Assembly: GCA_905178155.1 (NCBI GenBank) | Contig: CAJINV010000014.1 | Location: forward strand, 2,203,923-2,267,922 | Length of the DNA stretch: 64,000 nucleotides | Reading direction: 5' to 3' | Source: Amoebophrya sp. A120 | Lineage: Eukaryota; Protista; Dinoflagellata | In this document: one piece after another, positions 12,035 through 23,500 of the stretch | Layout: every line of letters starts with the position of its first letter | Numbering within the stretch: the stretch's first letter is position 1 | Made by a program: the position numbers and the translations under genes | The notes under the pieces: model-generated | What the model saw: only the letters and a program-made list of their open reading frames with translations | Database searches by the model: none | Told to the model about the DNA's origin: nothing

Positions 12035-15000
12035 TCACATCAGCCAGCAAAATATGGGCGTAAGAAAAAAGAACCAAAAGTACCGTAATCGTTTCGCATG
12101 CCTTTCCACTTTTTTCTCCGCGTCCTCTTCGAGTCCCACCATCTCCGCGTGAAACACGCTGATTTCAGGCAACAACCCAAATCGCATCCCACTGCGCCAC
12201 TTCAGGACCGCTTTTTTCAGCATTCGCTTCGCCAACGGGACACGATTGTACGAAGAAGCCGGCCGATTGAAAAGCAGTTCTCCATGTAGTGCTTCCTGGT
12301 GGGGTCGTCCACTCCGCGTGTTCATCCGCGACCAGTTTTCTTGAAGGCTTTGCTTCTCCGAGCGACTGGGCCGCAGCAACGCGAGTTTTCCTGCTTCCGG
12401 AGGAGAGCTGCAGGCTAGCAACGGTGAGAACCCCCCTTCTGCGATCGAAGACGCAGCGGAGGAGGAGGAGGATAACATCAGCGGCGTCGAAACACCTCCC
12501 TGTTCGATGAACAGCATGTGCGCTAATTTCCAACTGAGGAATCCTTTTCTCAGCAAGACAAACAAACTCCGCATCCTCGCCACGTGGTTCAGCGTTTTCC
12601 ACCGGAGCAAGCTCGCAACCTTCTCCGTCCTCACCACCCACCGCCACGCGGACAGGGAAAGCGCCTCCACGCCGATGGTACCCCGCCTCCAGCGAAAGAA
12701 GGCCCTCCTTTGCTGGTCTTTGACGCGGTCGGTTTCGGTGAGGGGAGGGGACGACGGAAGGAAAGGGCGCGGGCCGAAAGTTTTGTTTCCTTTAGATGCT
12801 GGCTGTAGTTCATCTTCTTGCGAGGTGTTCTTACTTTTGGACGACTTCGACCTTCGACGCTGCTTTCGCTCGCCTGATGTTTTCCTTTTCTTCCTCCGTA
12901 TCTCGTCGATTTTCTTTTTCGCGGTTTTGGTGGTCTGAAAGGGATTGTACTGGGACAAGATGGTCTCTATTTTGACCGCATTGTCCTCACCGTCGTTGTA
13001 GTCTTGGGGATGAGCAGTGCCACTTTCGAGAAGACGCTCATCGGCTCGACCTGGCGCGGCGCTCGACTTACTCCCTGCTTCTTTGTGACCCACCAAGGGG
13101 GAGAACGCAAGGTCTTCATCAGACTCTGGTCCGCTGGGGATACAACTACTTGAGCCGTCCGAGTCGAATGAAGACGATGTCAATTGTGGGGACGAGGTGC
13201 GAGAGTTTTCGTCATTGTCGACTTCCGCTTTGGTAGTTTCGCCAATCTGGACAAGAACGACATTTCTTTCACTCGTGGTTTTTCTCCCCCTCCTCTCTAC
13301 AGCATTCTCCCTCAACCCCGTCACCGCCAACATTGCCAATTTCCGCACGCGGAACCCCCAGGCCAATTCCGTGTGCATCTTCTGCTTCAAAAGATTCAGC
13401 AGACAAGTCATCTTCTTCGCACTTTCCCGTTGCACCACTCTCCCCGATTTCCAGCTCTCCAAACCGTGTTTCCGGAAATGTCTGTTGACAAAACGGACGA
13501 CGGCAGTGCAAAAAGGTCGCCACTTCGCGCGATACTGCCTTCCGCTGGTTGCAATCGCGGCTTGTTCTTCGGCACGGTCGAGGTGGAGCAGCCAAGAACT
13601 GATTTTGGTCGAGGAGTCCAGCACCCCGAAAGCTGTTTGCAGTCCGAAAGCGGTGCTCGTCAAATCGTGGTCGCCGGCGGTCTTGAGCAGGGCGGTTTGC
13701 GCGTCTTCATGCTCGTAATGCGCCTCGTTTATCACTCTGTGGCTGTGCCGTTCGCTGGTGGCATCAAAAGGACGCAATGCGGTGCTTTCTGCAACATTTG
13801 TGTGTTCAAGATCGTCTACTTCGTTTTCATCCTCGCAGAGTTGCTCCTTTCGCGATACGTAAAACCGCCAGCGGTGGAGGATTCTCGGTGCGCGGTTCAA
13901 AAGGAAAAACCTGTTTGCAACTCGTGTGTACTTTCCAACCAAAGCACTGTCCTGCCACCAGTGGCTGTTGTTTTTCAGGTGTTCTTCAAATTTGGATGTA
14001 CGACGGTGGTCCGCTTTAGCGTTTTTCAGAATGTTGCTGCTCTTGGAAAGCCTATTCGCTACGCGTCCTGGAGGTGGGGGTGGTGTTGCGCTACAAGCGG
14101 TTCGGGTGAGAAAGTCCTCTCGATGATTTGGCATGCATTCGAACATGCTAGTACTCGCAGGCTCCGCGTAGAAGAGCTGCTGAGGCGGTTGGTGAACAAC
14201 CGGGTGTCGTGTTTCATCCGCACCTCCTTCTGCGGCGACGAAGTTCATCTGGGCGCGACCTCTTGTTGTATTTTTGCTCCTGAGAATGTCCGGTGTCGCA
14301 GACAAAGAGGAGGGGTTTGATGTCATGTTGCCGCTACTGATTCTGTCGCCAGCGTTCATCCTGCTGAATGGACCAACGTATGGAGAGTTATCATCTTGCT
14401 CCTGTCGTAGAAAGTGAAAATTCTCGTCGCCAGTTCTGTTCAAGAAATCGTTCACAACATCCAGGTCTTCCCTCTCCTTCGCCCGCAGCTGCAGCTTTGC
14501 CCGGGAAACTTGGAGGGAGGAAGTCCCGCCCACTGAAAAGGTAAGATTTCTCTCACTGGTAAGAGCTGAAGACGGTGTCATATTACTCGCTTCCGTTCTT
14601 TTACTCGGCGTCGATTCGACACTGGACAGCATTCCCTGCTTTGGCTGAGGACCGAGATAGAGTGGCTGCTGCTGTTCCTGTCGAGAGAATGTAGTTTGGC
14701 GTTGGTCTACTTGCTTGTTGTTTCGCGCATGTATTGCCAGCCTCTTCTGCCTGGTAACCGTCTGTCCATCTTTTGCGTAGAAGTTCCCCATCGAGCTACC
14801 TTCTGCAGGAGCTCCGGCAAAATTCATCCGTTCTGTACCTCCTTGCCGGTACTTGAGCAGTTCTTCCAGCACGGCAATAGCTTCAGGCTCAACATCTGTG
14901 ACAACGTCGTGATCAACAGCATCTTGTTTCGTAGTAGTTCCTTGATGATGGAGGTCATGCGGCAGGACCCGCTGATGATCTTCCTGGGTACGCTCATACG

Positions 15001-15691
15001 CGGTATACCCTCCACTTTTTGTAGGCTCCATGCGATAATGAAAACGTCGTCCAGCTGCAACATGTTGATGCCCAGCAAGCGCCAACTGTCCCTCGGTGCG
15101 CCGCGCGATCTTCCCCGCACTGCGCTTGGCGAAATACGCGGACTGTTGCGCAAGAGAGACATGCTGTTCGTGTGTTTGATCGACATCCTGATGATAATCC
15201 AGCTTGTTCCAGTCATGATCGTCCACCTCGTGATCCACTCGCTCTCCGTCCTCGTCACTGGCGTTGTCCGCGAGAAATTTCTGCAATTTGCTCGAAAAAT
15301 AACTGGTCCTGTATGCGCTCCTCGTGGGGTCGTTCAGCTCCCTCCGTTTCTGCAAGGAATGGTCGATGAGCAGGTCTTCTTCCCAGCACGTGGACAGCAG
15401 CTTGTCTCGGGAGTGCTTCAGCTGAAACGAAGGTCCGGCTCCTCTTGCTGCGAAAGTTGCACTAGATGGTGGAGTTGCGATTGCAGATAGCACAACCTGT
15501 TGCTGTTGGTCGTGATATTTTTCTCGCAAGAGGAGCGCCTCCTCGCGGGCGAATAGTTGACTATCAGTTCTTGCTTCACGACCTCCCCGACGCGGTTCTT
15601 GCGAGGTGGACGGAGCCAGACCATGCGCGATTTTTCCGGGTGGAAACTGCTCGGCCCCGGCTGCGGAGGAAGAGGAATAGGACGATCGCAT
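12035..15691 (-). CDS. Hypothetical 1218-aa protein; large transposon inserted 26 bp upstream of the ATG
   Basis: Long ORF with basic W-containing helical segments near the C-terminus; probable GT donor near 12083. Confidence 0.7.
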   Translation of the reverse strand: MRSSYSSSSAAGAEQFPPGKIAHGLAPSTSQEPRRGGREARTDSQLFAREEALLLREKYHDQQQQVVLSAIATPPSSATFAARGAGPSFQLKHSRDKLLSTCWEEDLLIDHSLQKRRELNDPTRSAYRTSYFSSKLQKFLADNASDEDGERVDHEVDDHDWNKLDYHQDVDQTHEQHVSLAQQSAYFAKRSAGKIARRTEGQLALAGHQHVAAGRRFHYRMEPTKSGGYTAYERTQEDHQRVLPHDLHHQGTTTKQDAVDHDVVTDVEPEAIAVLEELLKYRQGGTERMNFAGAPAEGSSMGNFYAKDGQTVTRQKRLAIHARNNKQVDQRQTTFSRQEQQQPLYLGPQPKQGMLSSVESTPSKRTEASNMTPSSALTSERNLTFSVGGTSSLQVSRAKLQLRAKEREDLDVVNDFLNRTGDENFHFLRQEQDDNSPYVGPFSRMNAGDRISSGNMTSNPSSLSATPDILRSKNTTRGRAQMNFVAAEGGADETRHPVVHQPPQQLFYAEPASTSMFECMPNHREDFLTRTACSATPPPPPGRVANRLSKSSNILKNAKADHRRTSKFEEHLKNNSHWWQDSALVGKYTRVANRFFLLNRAPRILHRWRFYVSRKEQLCEDENEVDDLEHTNVAESTALRPFDATSERHSHRVINEAHYEHEDAQTALLKTAGDHDLTSTAFGLQTAFGVLDSSTKISSWLLHLDRAEEQAAIATSGRQYRAKWRPFCTAVVRFVNRHFRKHGLESWKSGRVVQRESAKKMTCLLNLLKQKMHTELAWGFRVRKLAMLAVTGLRENAVERRGRKTTSERNVVLVQIGETTKAEVDNDENSRTSSPQLTSSSFDSDGSSSCIPSGPESDEDLAFSPLVGHKEAGSKSSAAPGRADERLLESGTAHPQDYNDGEDNAVKIETILSQYNPFQTTKTAKKKIDEIRRKKRKTSGERKQRRRSKSSKSKNTSQEDELQPASKGNKTFGPRPFLPSSPPLTETDRVKDQQRRAFFRWRRGTIGVEALSLSAWRWVVRTEKVASLLRWKTLNHVARMRSLFVLLRKGFLSWKLAHMLFIEQGGVSTPLMLSSSSSAASSIAEGGFSPLLACSSPPEAGKLALLRPSRSEKQSLQENWSRMNTRSGRPHQEALHGELLFNRPASSYNRVPLAKRMLKKAVLKWRSGMRFGLLPEISVFHAEMVGLEEDAEKKVERHAKRLRYFWFFFLTPIFCWLM

Positions 15692-15717
15692 GGTTGGTGA
15701 CAGAGGACTTTCAATGA

Positions 15718-15982
15718 TATCGAAGGAAAAAACTGTTTCACTGTGGCGATACTAAAAAATCACTGATTTTTTTTTGGTGTGAACTTGCAGAATTTTTTTA
15801 AAGTGAGTTTGCATGTTGCTCGTGAAGTGTCTATGTCGAAACTACATATGACGACTCTAGCTATCGGTTGCTTCAGCTATAGGTTAGTTAATCTAGTTAG
15901 GAAGGCAGAACGTAAGCTAATTAAGTGCTATCCGGAGCGTCGGCTGAGGTAAGGGTGCTAGGCCGCATTCTGGCCCCACCTC
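15718..15982 (+). repeat. Left terminal inverted repeat (~265 bp, imperfect)
   Basis: Blocks mirrored at the right end: first 29 bp, aaaaatcactgattttttttgg, ctagctatcggttgcttcag (15857-15876), ctagttaggaaggcagaacgtaa, ttctggccccacctc. Confidence 0.92.
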
Positions 15983-16649
15983 ACAACAAAAAAACTCAAA
16001 TTTTTGCTAAGTACCCCATCCAGGTTCGAAATACAAGGCTCATCCGGGAAGCTCTAGAAAATCTGGGTTGATCAGGCATGCCAGGGCCAAATCCAGCCTG
16101 CTGGGCGATCGGAGTGCTGTGATCGAGATCTGTCATGCAAATGGTGGCAATTGGCTCAGAATGTCCCGCTCATGTCAGTCAAAATATCGATCGAGAATGA
16201 AACAGGTCCAGACCGCGCATCACAAATCGCACCATCCCTCCGCATGATCGGAATCGTGATCCTCGAAGCTCCTGCGTGTGGATCATGTGCATCAGCAGCG
16301 CCGCAAAAATGAAAACAACAACAACTCCATCTTCATACGAGCCAGGGCTTCTATCATTTGCTTCGCGCAAGTGATCTCAACTACTTCTTCCGTGACCCCT
16401 GGACTCGGATACAACTACTTCTAGAACATCTTCTTCGCTAGACGCGCAGAAACCTCCTCCGTAGAGCCACTTGCTGCACCGACTTTCCGTCGGCAATCTT
16501 ATCCGAAAAACAACCACGCAGCCGAGGGATAATCGATAAGCGCATGAAAGTAGTGGTCTCGTTTGATTTGATATACGAGTATCCGGCGGCTGAGTGGTTG
16601 TTTTTCGCAAGGATATTTGCGTCTTCTGCTGGTCCCTCACTCAAGCAAG

Positions 16650-19079
16650 ATGTCGCGCGCCAACATCGTCCACAACGCCAAGATGACTGGAGATTATTCC
16701 AGTTTGAATGCCGGCGAGAAGCGGAAGGAGTCCTCGAGACTCTGGAAGGCAAAGAAGTCGCTGGGCCTGCAGTACGACACGCCGAAGGATCTCCGCGAGA
16801 TGATTGCCGACTGCCAGGAGGCGCTGGATGAGCTGGAAAAGCGGCCGGAGGAAAAATTGGGCGGGCAGATCTTCTCGGGCGAAAAATACAAGAAGTATAC
16901 TTATCTCCGTTGGTTTTTTTTAGTAACGTAGACCGTCGCTTCAGCATGACAAATTCGGTTTTTTTTGTTTTTCTTGATCTACTACATGATGCGAAGACGC
17001 ATGTTGGGGCGGTCGGTGCAGGTCATTTGTCTTTAGAAATAGCAACACAGACTCGCGTCGGTCCCTACTATCAGCGTTGCCGGCCCCCCTTACGAAATAG
17101 CATGAGAGATTTCGCAATCTTGTATCAGACAGCATCACAAATTTCCATTGTCCAACCCAAAATCCCTCAGTGGCTGGGATGACATCGAGCTGAACTTTCA
17201 CACGAAATGGGTGGCGCTTTTGTTTGGTGAAGACCAACAGAACGTCCAACGGGCCATCCGCCACCCGTCGCAGGCGGTGGGCTTGTACAGAACCATGGGA
17301 ATTACCGATACGCACGCATAAGCATCTATACCCGTCTTCATATTTGTGAGTTTGTCATGCACGAGAGTGGTTGAAGTTTCGGCTTTTTAGAATGCGCGAT
17401 GTGCTTTTGTTCAAATCTCCATGTTCCTGAGAGTTTAAATTTTCCCCGCAACAACTAAAACAGCCCCCCAAGGGGAACGAAAAGGCGCCGAATGAACGCA
17501 CGGCGGTGGCCGAATTGATGTGGTGGCGGGCGAATGCGAAGCGGAAGTTCAAAAAGGCGGTGGCCGAATTCAAGAAGATGATGAAGAACACGGGCAAAAC
17601 GTTGGACACTTCCACGTCCGAAGCCGACGACTCCGACAAGACCAACGACCAGACCACGGACGACGAGGAGGAGCGCACCTACAAGCGTGGTCGCGAGACA
17701 AAGCGCTCTCTGCCGATCAAGGACACCAAGCGGAGCAAGCGTTCGGTATAAATAAATCTGTTATGCGTATTTCTTCCCGGTGTTAGCACATAGATCGAAT
17801 CTGTCATGTGTATCGCGAATCGAATGACTCACAAGAGCCAATCTTTCCCCAGCCCGCATGAGAAGCTTCTCAATTTTCCAAATCGCACACACAGGTGTTG
17901 GCCATCAAGGACCGTGCCCGCCGCTCCCGCGCCGAGTCGAGCTCCGAGGACAAGAAGCGCCGCGCCCGTGGCAGCCGCCGTGACACCAAGCGCCAGAAGA
18001 AGACGGGCGTTCTCTCGGAGTCCGATTCTCCGCCCCCCCGCAAAAAGCGCTCCCACAGCAACCACCGCGTGCAGAAATCCACTTCCTCGGCTGCCCGTGC
18101 GGCGAAGCAGATCCTCGCGTTGCCGGACAAACGTCGCGATTCCAAGGAAGAGAAGCTGAACAAGGAGAAGTCCCGCGCTGCCAAGCAGCCGCTGGGCAAG
18201 GGGAAGGAGAAAAAGTCTTCGGATCTGCGCCTGGAAGCGTCCTCGGACTTCGAGGAGCAGGATGCGGACTCCTTGGACGCTTTCTTTCGTAGCGACGAGG
18301 AGGAGGAAAACGACTCCGATGAGAAGCCGTCGAAATCCGACGAGGAGTTTGTGGATGATGAAGAGGCTTATGGAAATGATGAGCAGTCCTCCAACATGCC
18401 CTTTTCGGCGTTGCACCGTCAGAACATGCGGAAGCTGGGCAACAAGACCACGGTGGCTGCGGGGAAAAAGGCGGGAAAGGGAAATGTTGGCGGCGGCAAG
18501 AAGGAAAAATTGTTGCCCTCGGATTCCGAAGACAAGCTGGTGCCGCCGCGCCTGCGGAACGTCGAGGCCCCGGGCACGGGTGATCGTCCGATGAAGGCGT
18601 CGCGCCTCCCGCACCGGAACGCTCTGGAATGTTTGAACTTTTTGGAAAACCGTCAGAAGATGTCCTCCCCGGGTGAGACGCAGAAGTCAACCGACTTCGA
18701 ATCTCAGCAGACGTCTTCTGGTGGCACCCCGCAGCGCGCGTCGAAAAAGGGCATCAGCTCTGCCGAGAAGAGCTACTCTACGCCCGAATCGATGAAAAAG
18801 AAACGGAAGTCCGCTGCTGCGGGCGCGGGCAGCGTCATGAAGAAGTTAAAAGCCACCCCGTCCCAGAAATCCCCCGCTGCGTCGCAGAAGGAGGAGGTGA
18901 AGAAGCCGGCTGGTACTCCGGGTGGTGGGTCGAAGAGTGGAAAGTCGAAATCCACTCCGAACTCCGACAAAAAAACCCCGACCACCCCGCAGTCGGCGAA
19001 GAAGGAAGCTGCGAAAGCGAAGACGCCGGGCCAGGAACCGAAATCCGCGATGAAGTCGGATGCCGGGTCGAAGAAGTAG
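16650..19079 (+). CDS. Transposon gene A: multi-exon protein with a Lys/Ser/Arg-rich basic C-terminal region, function unknown
   Basis: GC-rich exons at about 16650-16894, 17171-17273, 17464-17745 and 17895-19079, separated by short AT-richer segments ending in AG; TAG at 19077-19079. Confidence 0.7.
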
Positions 19080-20598
19080 TTGAAATTTTTGAGGAGTTGC
19101 TGCTGATCTCGAGCACTTCGAGACCAGCCCTCTGGCAATACAAATGACAACTTAGATAGAAAATCGAAACTGATGTTTTTTTTCTAGGTAGTCGCCTAGC
19201 AAGAAGCGTTGACTGATACATCCAAAAGCGAATGCGTCAACTTTTAGACTCCTAGAAGCCGAATACCCCTGCAGCCACGGTTTTTCGCTCGCTGTTTTTT
19301 AAAACGACCGATCTCAACGCCGTATCTGCAGCATGGGCTGGCCACCTATTGCTGTAGACACGACGCGGAGTAGGTTTCATGCGAGCTTTTTATAAATATA
19401 CAGCACGCGATAGTACTACAAATATATTTCTACCTCGATATAGATGCTTTTCCTCTGCTGACGAGCAGAGTGTTTTATCCTCCTACTGCGCGCCACAGAC
19501 CACGATGATTGATTTTTTTTGTGTCTCGACACCAACATGAACCCCGCTTGAAATAACGAACCTGTGCGGCAGCTGCTCGAAGCCTAGTAATTGGGCAGAC
19601 TTGGCGCGGTTGCTCTTACTTGTCCCCTTTTCTTCCAGATAAACCGTTCCGCGATGTCTGCAGCAGATAAATCGAAATCCCGGGTCTAAATAAGTAGTTC
19701 CTCTAGCTCTTGGCTCGAAGTAGTTCCGCACTGCAGTCGAAGTCTTACAATGGAAATCTTGGCCCGAATTAGATCCGCACTACAAATGACGAAACTTCAT
19801 AGAATCCGCATTACAGATTACAAGTGGTCCTCTGGTTCTCATGGTTCGAAAACCTTCGGCAAAATCCAAAAAGCACAACCATTGAGATGCATATCGCTAA
19901 GCCATGACATTTCCAGCGGATTAGAAATTGCGGACTATCTTAAGTCTTATCGCATTTTACAACTTTACTCACTTCTTCATCTTTCTGTTCTGTGGTAGAC
20001 CACTACTCAAATCATTTTTGCCGTCGCGTTCTACTTCTTGACCTCGCGCACGCCACTACGAAATCGAGATGGTCGAGAAATCGAAGAAACACGTGCAGAG
20101 CGGGGTGCTGTCCCTGGTCCGGATGATGCCGGAAAAACAGCGCTGCAACTGGTACCGGAAGAAGTGCAGCCGTATGAATTGGAAAAGTTGGAAGGGGTTC
20201 TATTTTTGAAGCGTTTTGCATGATTTACGCATGACAAATCGACCGCGCACTCCTGGGCTTCACAAATGGAACTACTTCCAGTCTTTCCAATTTCATACTT
20301 CTGCGTGCTGCTTGGGAGACTTGGCGTTATGATAAGGCCATGGAGCACCCCCTCCCGGCGGGCTTGGATATGGAAAAAGGGGAATGCGTCGGAAGTTTCG
20401 GGTCTGAGATGGTATAAGCATTTTGATAGTTGTTTGTGATGCGTATTCCGGTCGTTTTCGTAGTTTGTTATGCAAAAAGCAAACTTCGTAGTAGTCTATC
20501 TGTCCTCTTCCATTTCTGTTTTCTCCTTGTGTCTCATGCATGTGGCTCCCCGGGCTGGAACTTCCTCACTCAATTCCAACAAAAATAAAAAGGCTCTC

Positions 20599-23500
20599 AT
20601 GCTGGACTGGATGGCCACGCGCGGGTACGCTGATACCGTGAAGGAGTACATCCAATCGGTCCGGATGCAGGAGTCGTGCCTCACCGACGAGGACCAGCGG
20701 CTGCTCCTTGCTGCGGCGCTGGAGAAGCACTACTGCGACGACGAGGCGACGAAGCACCACCAGCTGGTAACTTTTCTTCTGTTTCTTCTCGACCTTCTTC
20801 TGCATCAAAAGCAAATCTGTCATGCAGTTCTCCACTAGTCGACAGCAAAAAGCCCTCCCATCATGATTGCCAGAGTCTGTCATGCAATTTTTCACAATTC
20901 CAAACCAGATGAACGTGTTGCGGTCGTGCATGGCGGGAATCATCTTCGTCTGGAACTGCCTCGGGGTTTGTGCGCTGGATTACCCGCCCGAGTTCCAGTA
21001 CCTGTCGGACTACACGTGGCAGCGTACTCTGTGTCTGGCCCAGGACACGTCGACCAAAGGGTTGGAGACAAAAAACGGAATTCAGGTATATGGAAATTTG
21101 TCATGCATTTTTCGCGCGATAGTCATTTGCTGGCGTTTTAGCAACTTGCCACTTTGTTTCTCACCGATCGCTTTCAATGCGTGTGTCAAACCTCAAACAG
21201 GTCTACATGCTGTTCGCCCACAAGACCGCCGCGTCGTACCTCACGCACATGTGGGCGATGCCGTTGCAGCGGCCCAGTGGGGCACTCGGGGGCGGAAAAA
21301 ACAGGCAGCGGGCGGCCGCGCAAGCAAAGGCGTCGGACACGTTTGGTGTGTTGCACTGGCTGGGTGGTGCAAAGCTGATCGAGAAGCTGAAGGGCCCCTT
21401 CAAGACGGGATGGCGCACCACCTGCGTCTTGTCGGGGGATCAAGAGGAGACGCAAGTCCGCTCTTCGTACGGTTTGGCGATGGTCTTAAACTGCATCCCA
21501 ACTTTGGGAGTTCATCATCGTATTTCGAACATTTGTAACAAGCTGTATCCGCAGCTGTCGAAAGTGAGGGAAGCCCTCAGAATCTTTCTGGGCGGCCAGT
21601 GGTCGAGGCAGTCGCTTCGGGGCGCTTTTGAAGACGCCCGGGTCCGCCTTTTGGACTCGGCAGAAAACGACGGCTGGTTCAGCCAGGCCATCGAGACTCA
21701 GACCGGGAAGTCGACCGCGGAAGCCCTACGCGAAAGTAAGACTTACACCCTTTTTCACGATCTACGTTCTTGATTTGTCATGCTGAAGCTGGGGGGGAGG
21801 GCACAGCGAGGAACTGGCCACAAAGTGGCAAAGCAAGACGGGAATACTCTGCAAATCCCCCTCTGGGGGTGGTCGGGACAGGCAGCGCCAGGCCTGCGCT
21901 TCATTTTTCTCGCGCCACGGCTACGAGAACTACTCGCCCAGCAATTCTCTGTTTTCTTACCTCGCCCTGGCCAAACACCTTCAGCTGTAGGACTGAAGGT
22001 GTAAGAGCCACGCGCCACTTTCGGAGGGGTCAGAACTACCTCCGAAAAGTAATGACACAGTAGACAATTTCTGCCCCACACTAACTGCGTGAAACAGCTT
22101 CCGCGATTTGCAGTTAGGTGGGGATTAGAAACACGAGCATTACTGTTTCACCCTCGAGATGTAACGCGCCCGAACCCCTCAGCGAAGAGCATCACTCTAG
22201 TGAGATTCTTTGTTTCTCATCTGTTACACATGTGACGCCACACTTGCAATTTTCGATGATGAACATGCAGCAGTCTTGTTTTCGCAAATGATTATCTCGT
22301 ATCCGAAAAATGCATTACAGACGCATCATTGCTGTCGATGGTCGAAACTCGGTGGTTCGCGGAGATCAAAATTTGCTTGCTCCTGTTGGAAAATTCCGAA
22401 GTCATCCTGGCCATCCTGCGTGAGATGCTTACCAACAGCAGCCGCGTCCGGCTGTCGGTTGGGCCGGGCGAGGATCCGGGGGATGGCACGGCGGAGGACG
22501 GTACGTTGATCGATTTTTGGGATTTGGCGCCGCGTCCGCTCGTATCCACCGCGAAAACATCCAGCTGTAAATCTGTAATATGTCAGTCCTGCATGACAAA
22601 CTCACCACCTATGCCACTTTCCGCATTACAGATTTACTTCCTGGACCGTTTTCCGTTTCATAGTCTGAAATCACTCCGGACGGCGTCGTGCTCGGATTTG
22701 ATACGGATGTCAACGGGAACAGCTATGACGCGATCACCAACGCGGTTCTGGCGGACGATATGCGCCACATCATGCCCGGAGTGTTCGAGAGGCCGGAGGA
22801 ACTGGAGCCGGGCCGGGCACCGCCAGTCCTCGCCCCGATTATGGAGAACCGCCTCCTGCCGATGGACAACGTCGAGGTGGAAGCTTTCAATGCTCGCAAC
22901 CCGCCGGCTGATGGTGAAGCAGAACTGCTGTTCGGGAATTTGTCGCCCATCGCTGCCGATAAGGGGAAAGCCGATGACGAAGACCCCGAGTTATGAAAAT
23001 GCAAAAACTCATCTTCGCCGCAGGTGCTGATGGCGTGACGTGTCGCAGTTTGTCATGCGGAAATAGAGATAGATCACGCAGCATGGGCTATGAGGGTGAG
23101 TTTTTTTTGCGGTTGCATAGTCTCCGGCTCCTGCTGCCCCGCGCGCAGATCCCGGTGGGCAGCTGACGGACAGAAACAAGGTCGTGCAGCTGTACAACGC
23201 GATCAAGTACTGCGACATGGACCGGCTCAACCACTACAAGAACATGAGCGACCGTCTTTACAAGTACCACCTCTGCCACTTGGAGGTGACCGGCGGGGCG
23301 CTTCTGGACGACGAGAAGCGTCTGGAACTGATCAACAAGTATCAGGACCTGTCTCCGGGCCTGATGTTCGAGGCCGGGCACCACGAGTTCCTGCAGAGCG
23401 CGGAGAAGTGTTTTCCGGACATTCTGCTCCGGGCGATCACCGACTGCACGCGCCAAATCCACAACTCTGCCGAAATGCAGTCGGTGTTCATCTTCTTGAT

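Noticed and set aside
13184-15490. Long plus-strand ORFs here, and similar ones at 40217-41161, 57827-58744 and 60831-62663
   Set aside because: Antisense shadows of long minus-strand genes with no recognisable motifs.
21456-21553. Possible GT-AG intron in the transposase
   Set aside because: The frame is open and encodes VHHRISNI where the hAT CxxH-like motif is expected, so it is more likely exon.
22661-22996. Premature stops suggesting a transposase pseudogene
   Set aside because: The TAG at 22661 and TGA at 22994 fall in introner ends and disappear when these are removed.
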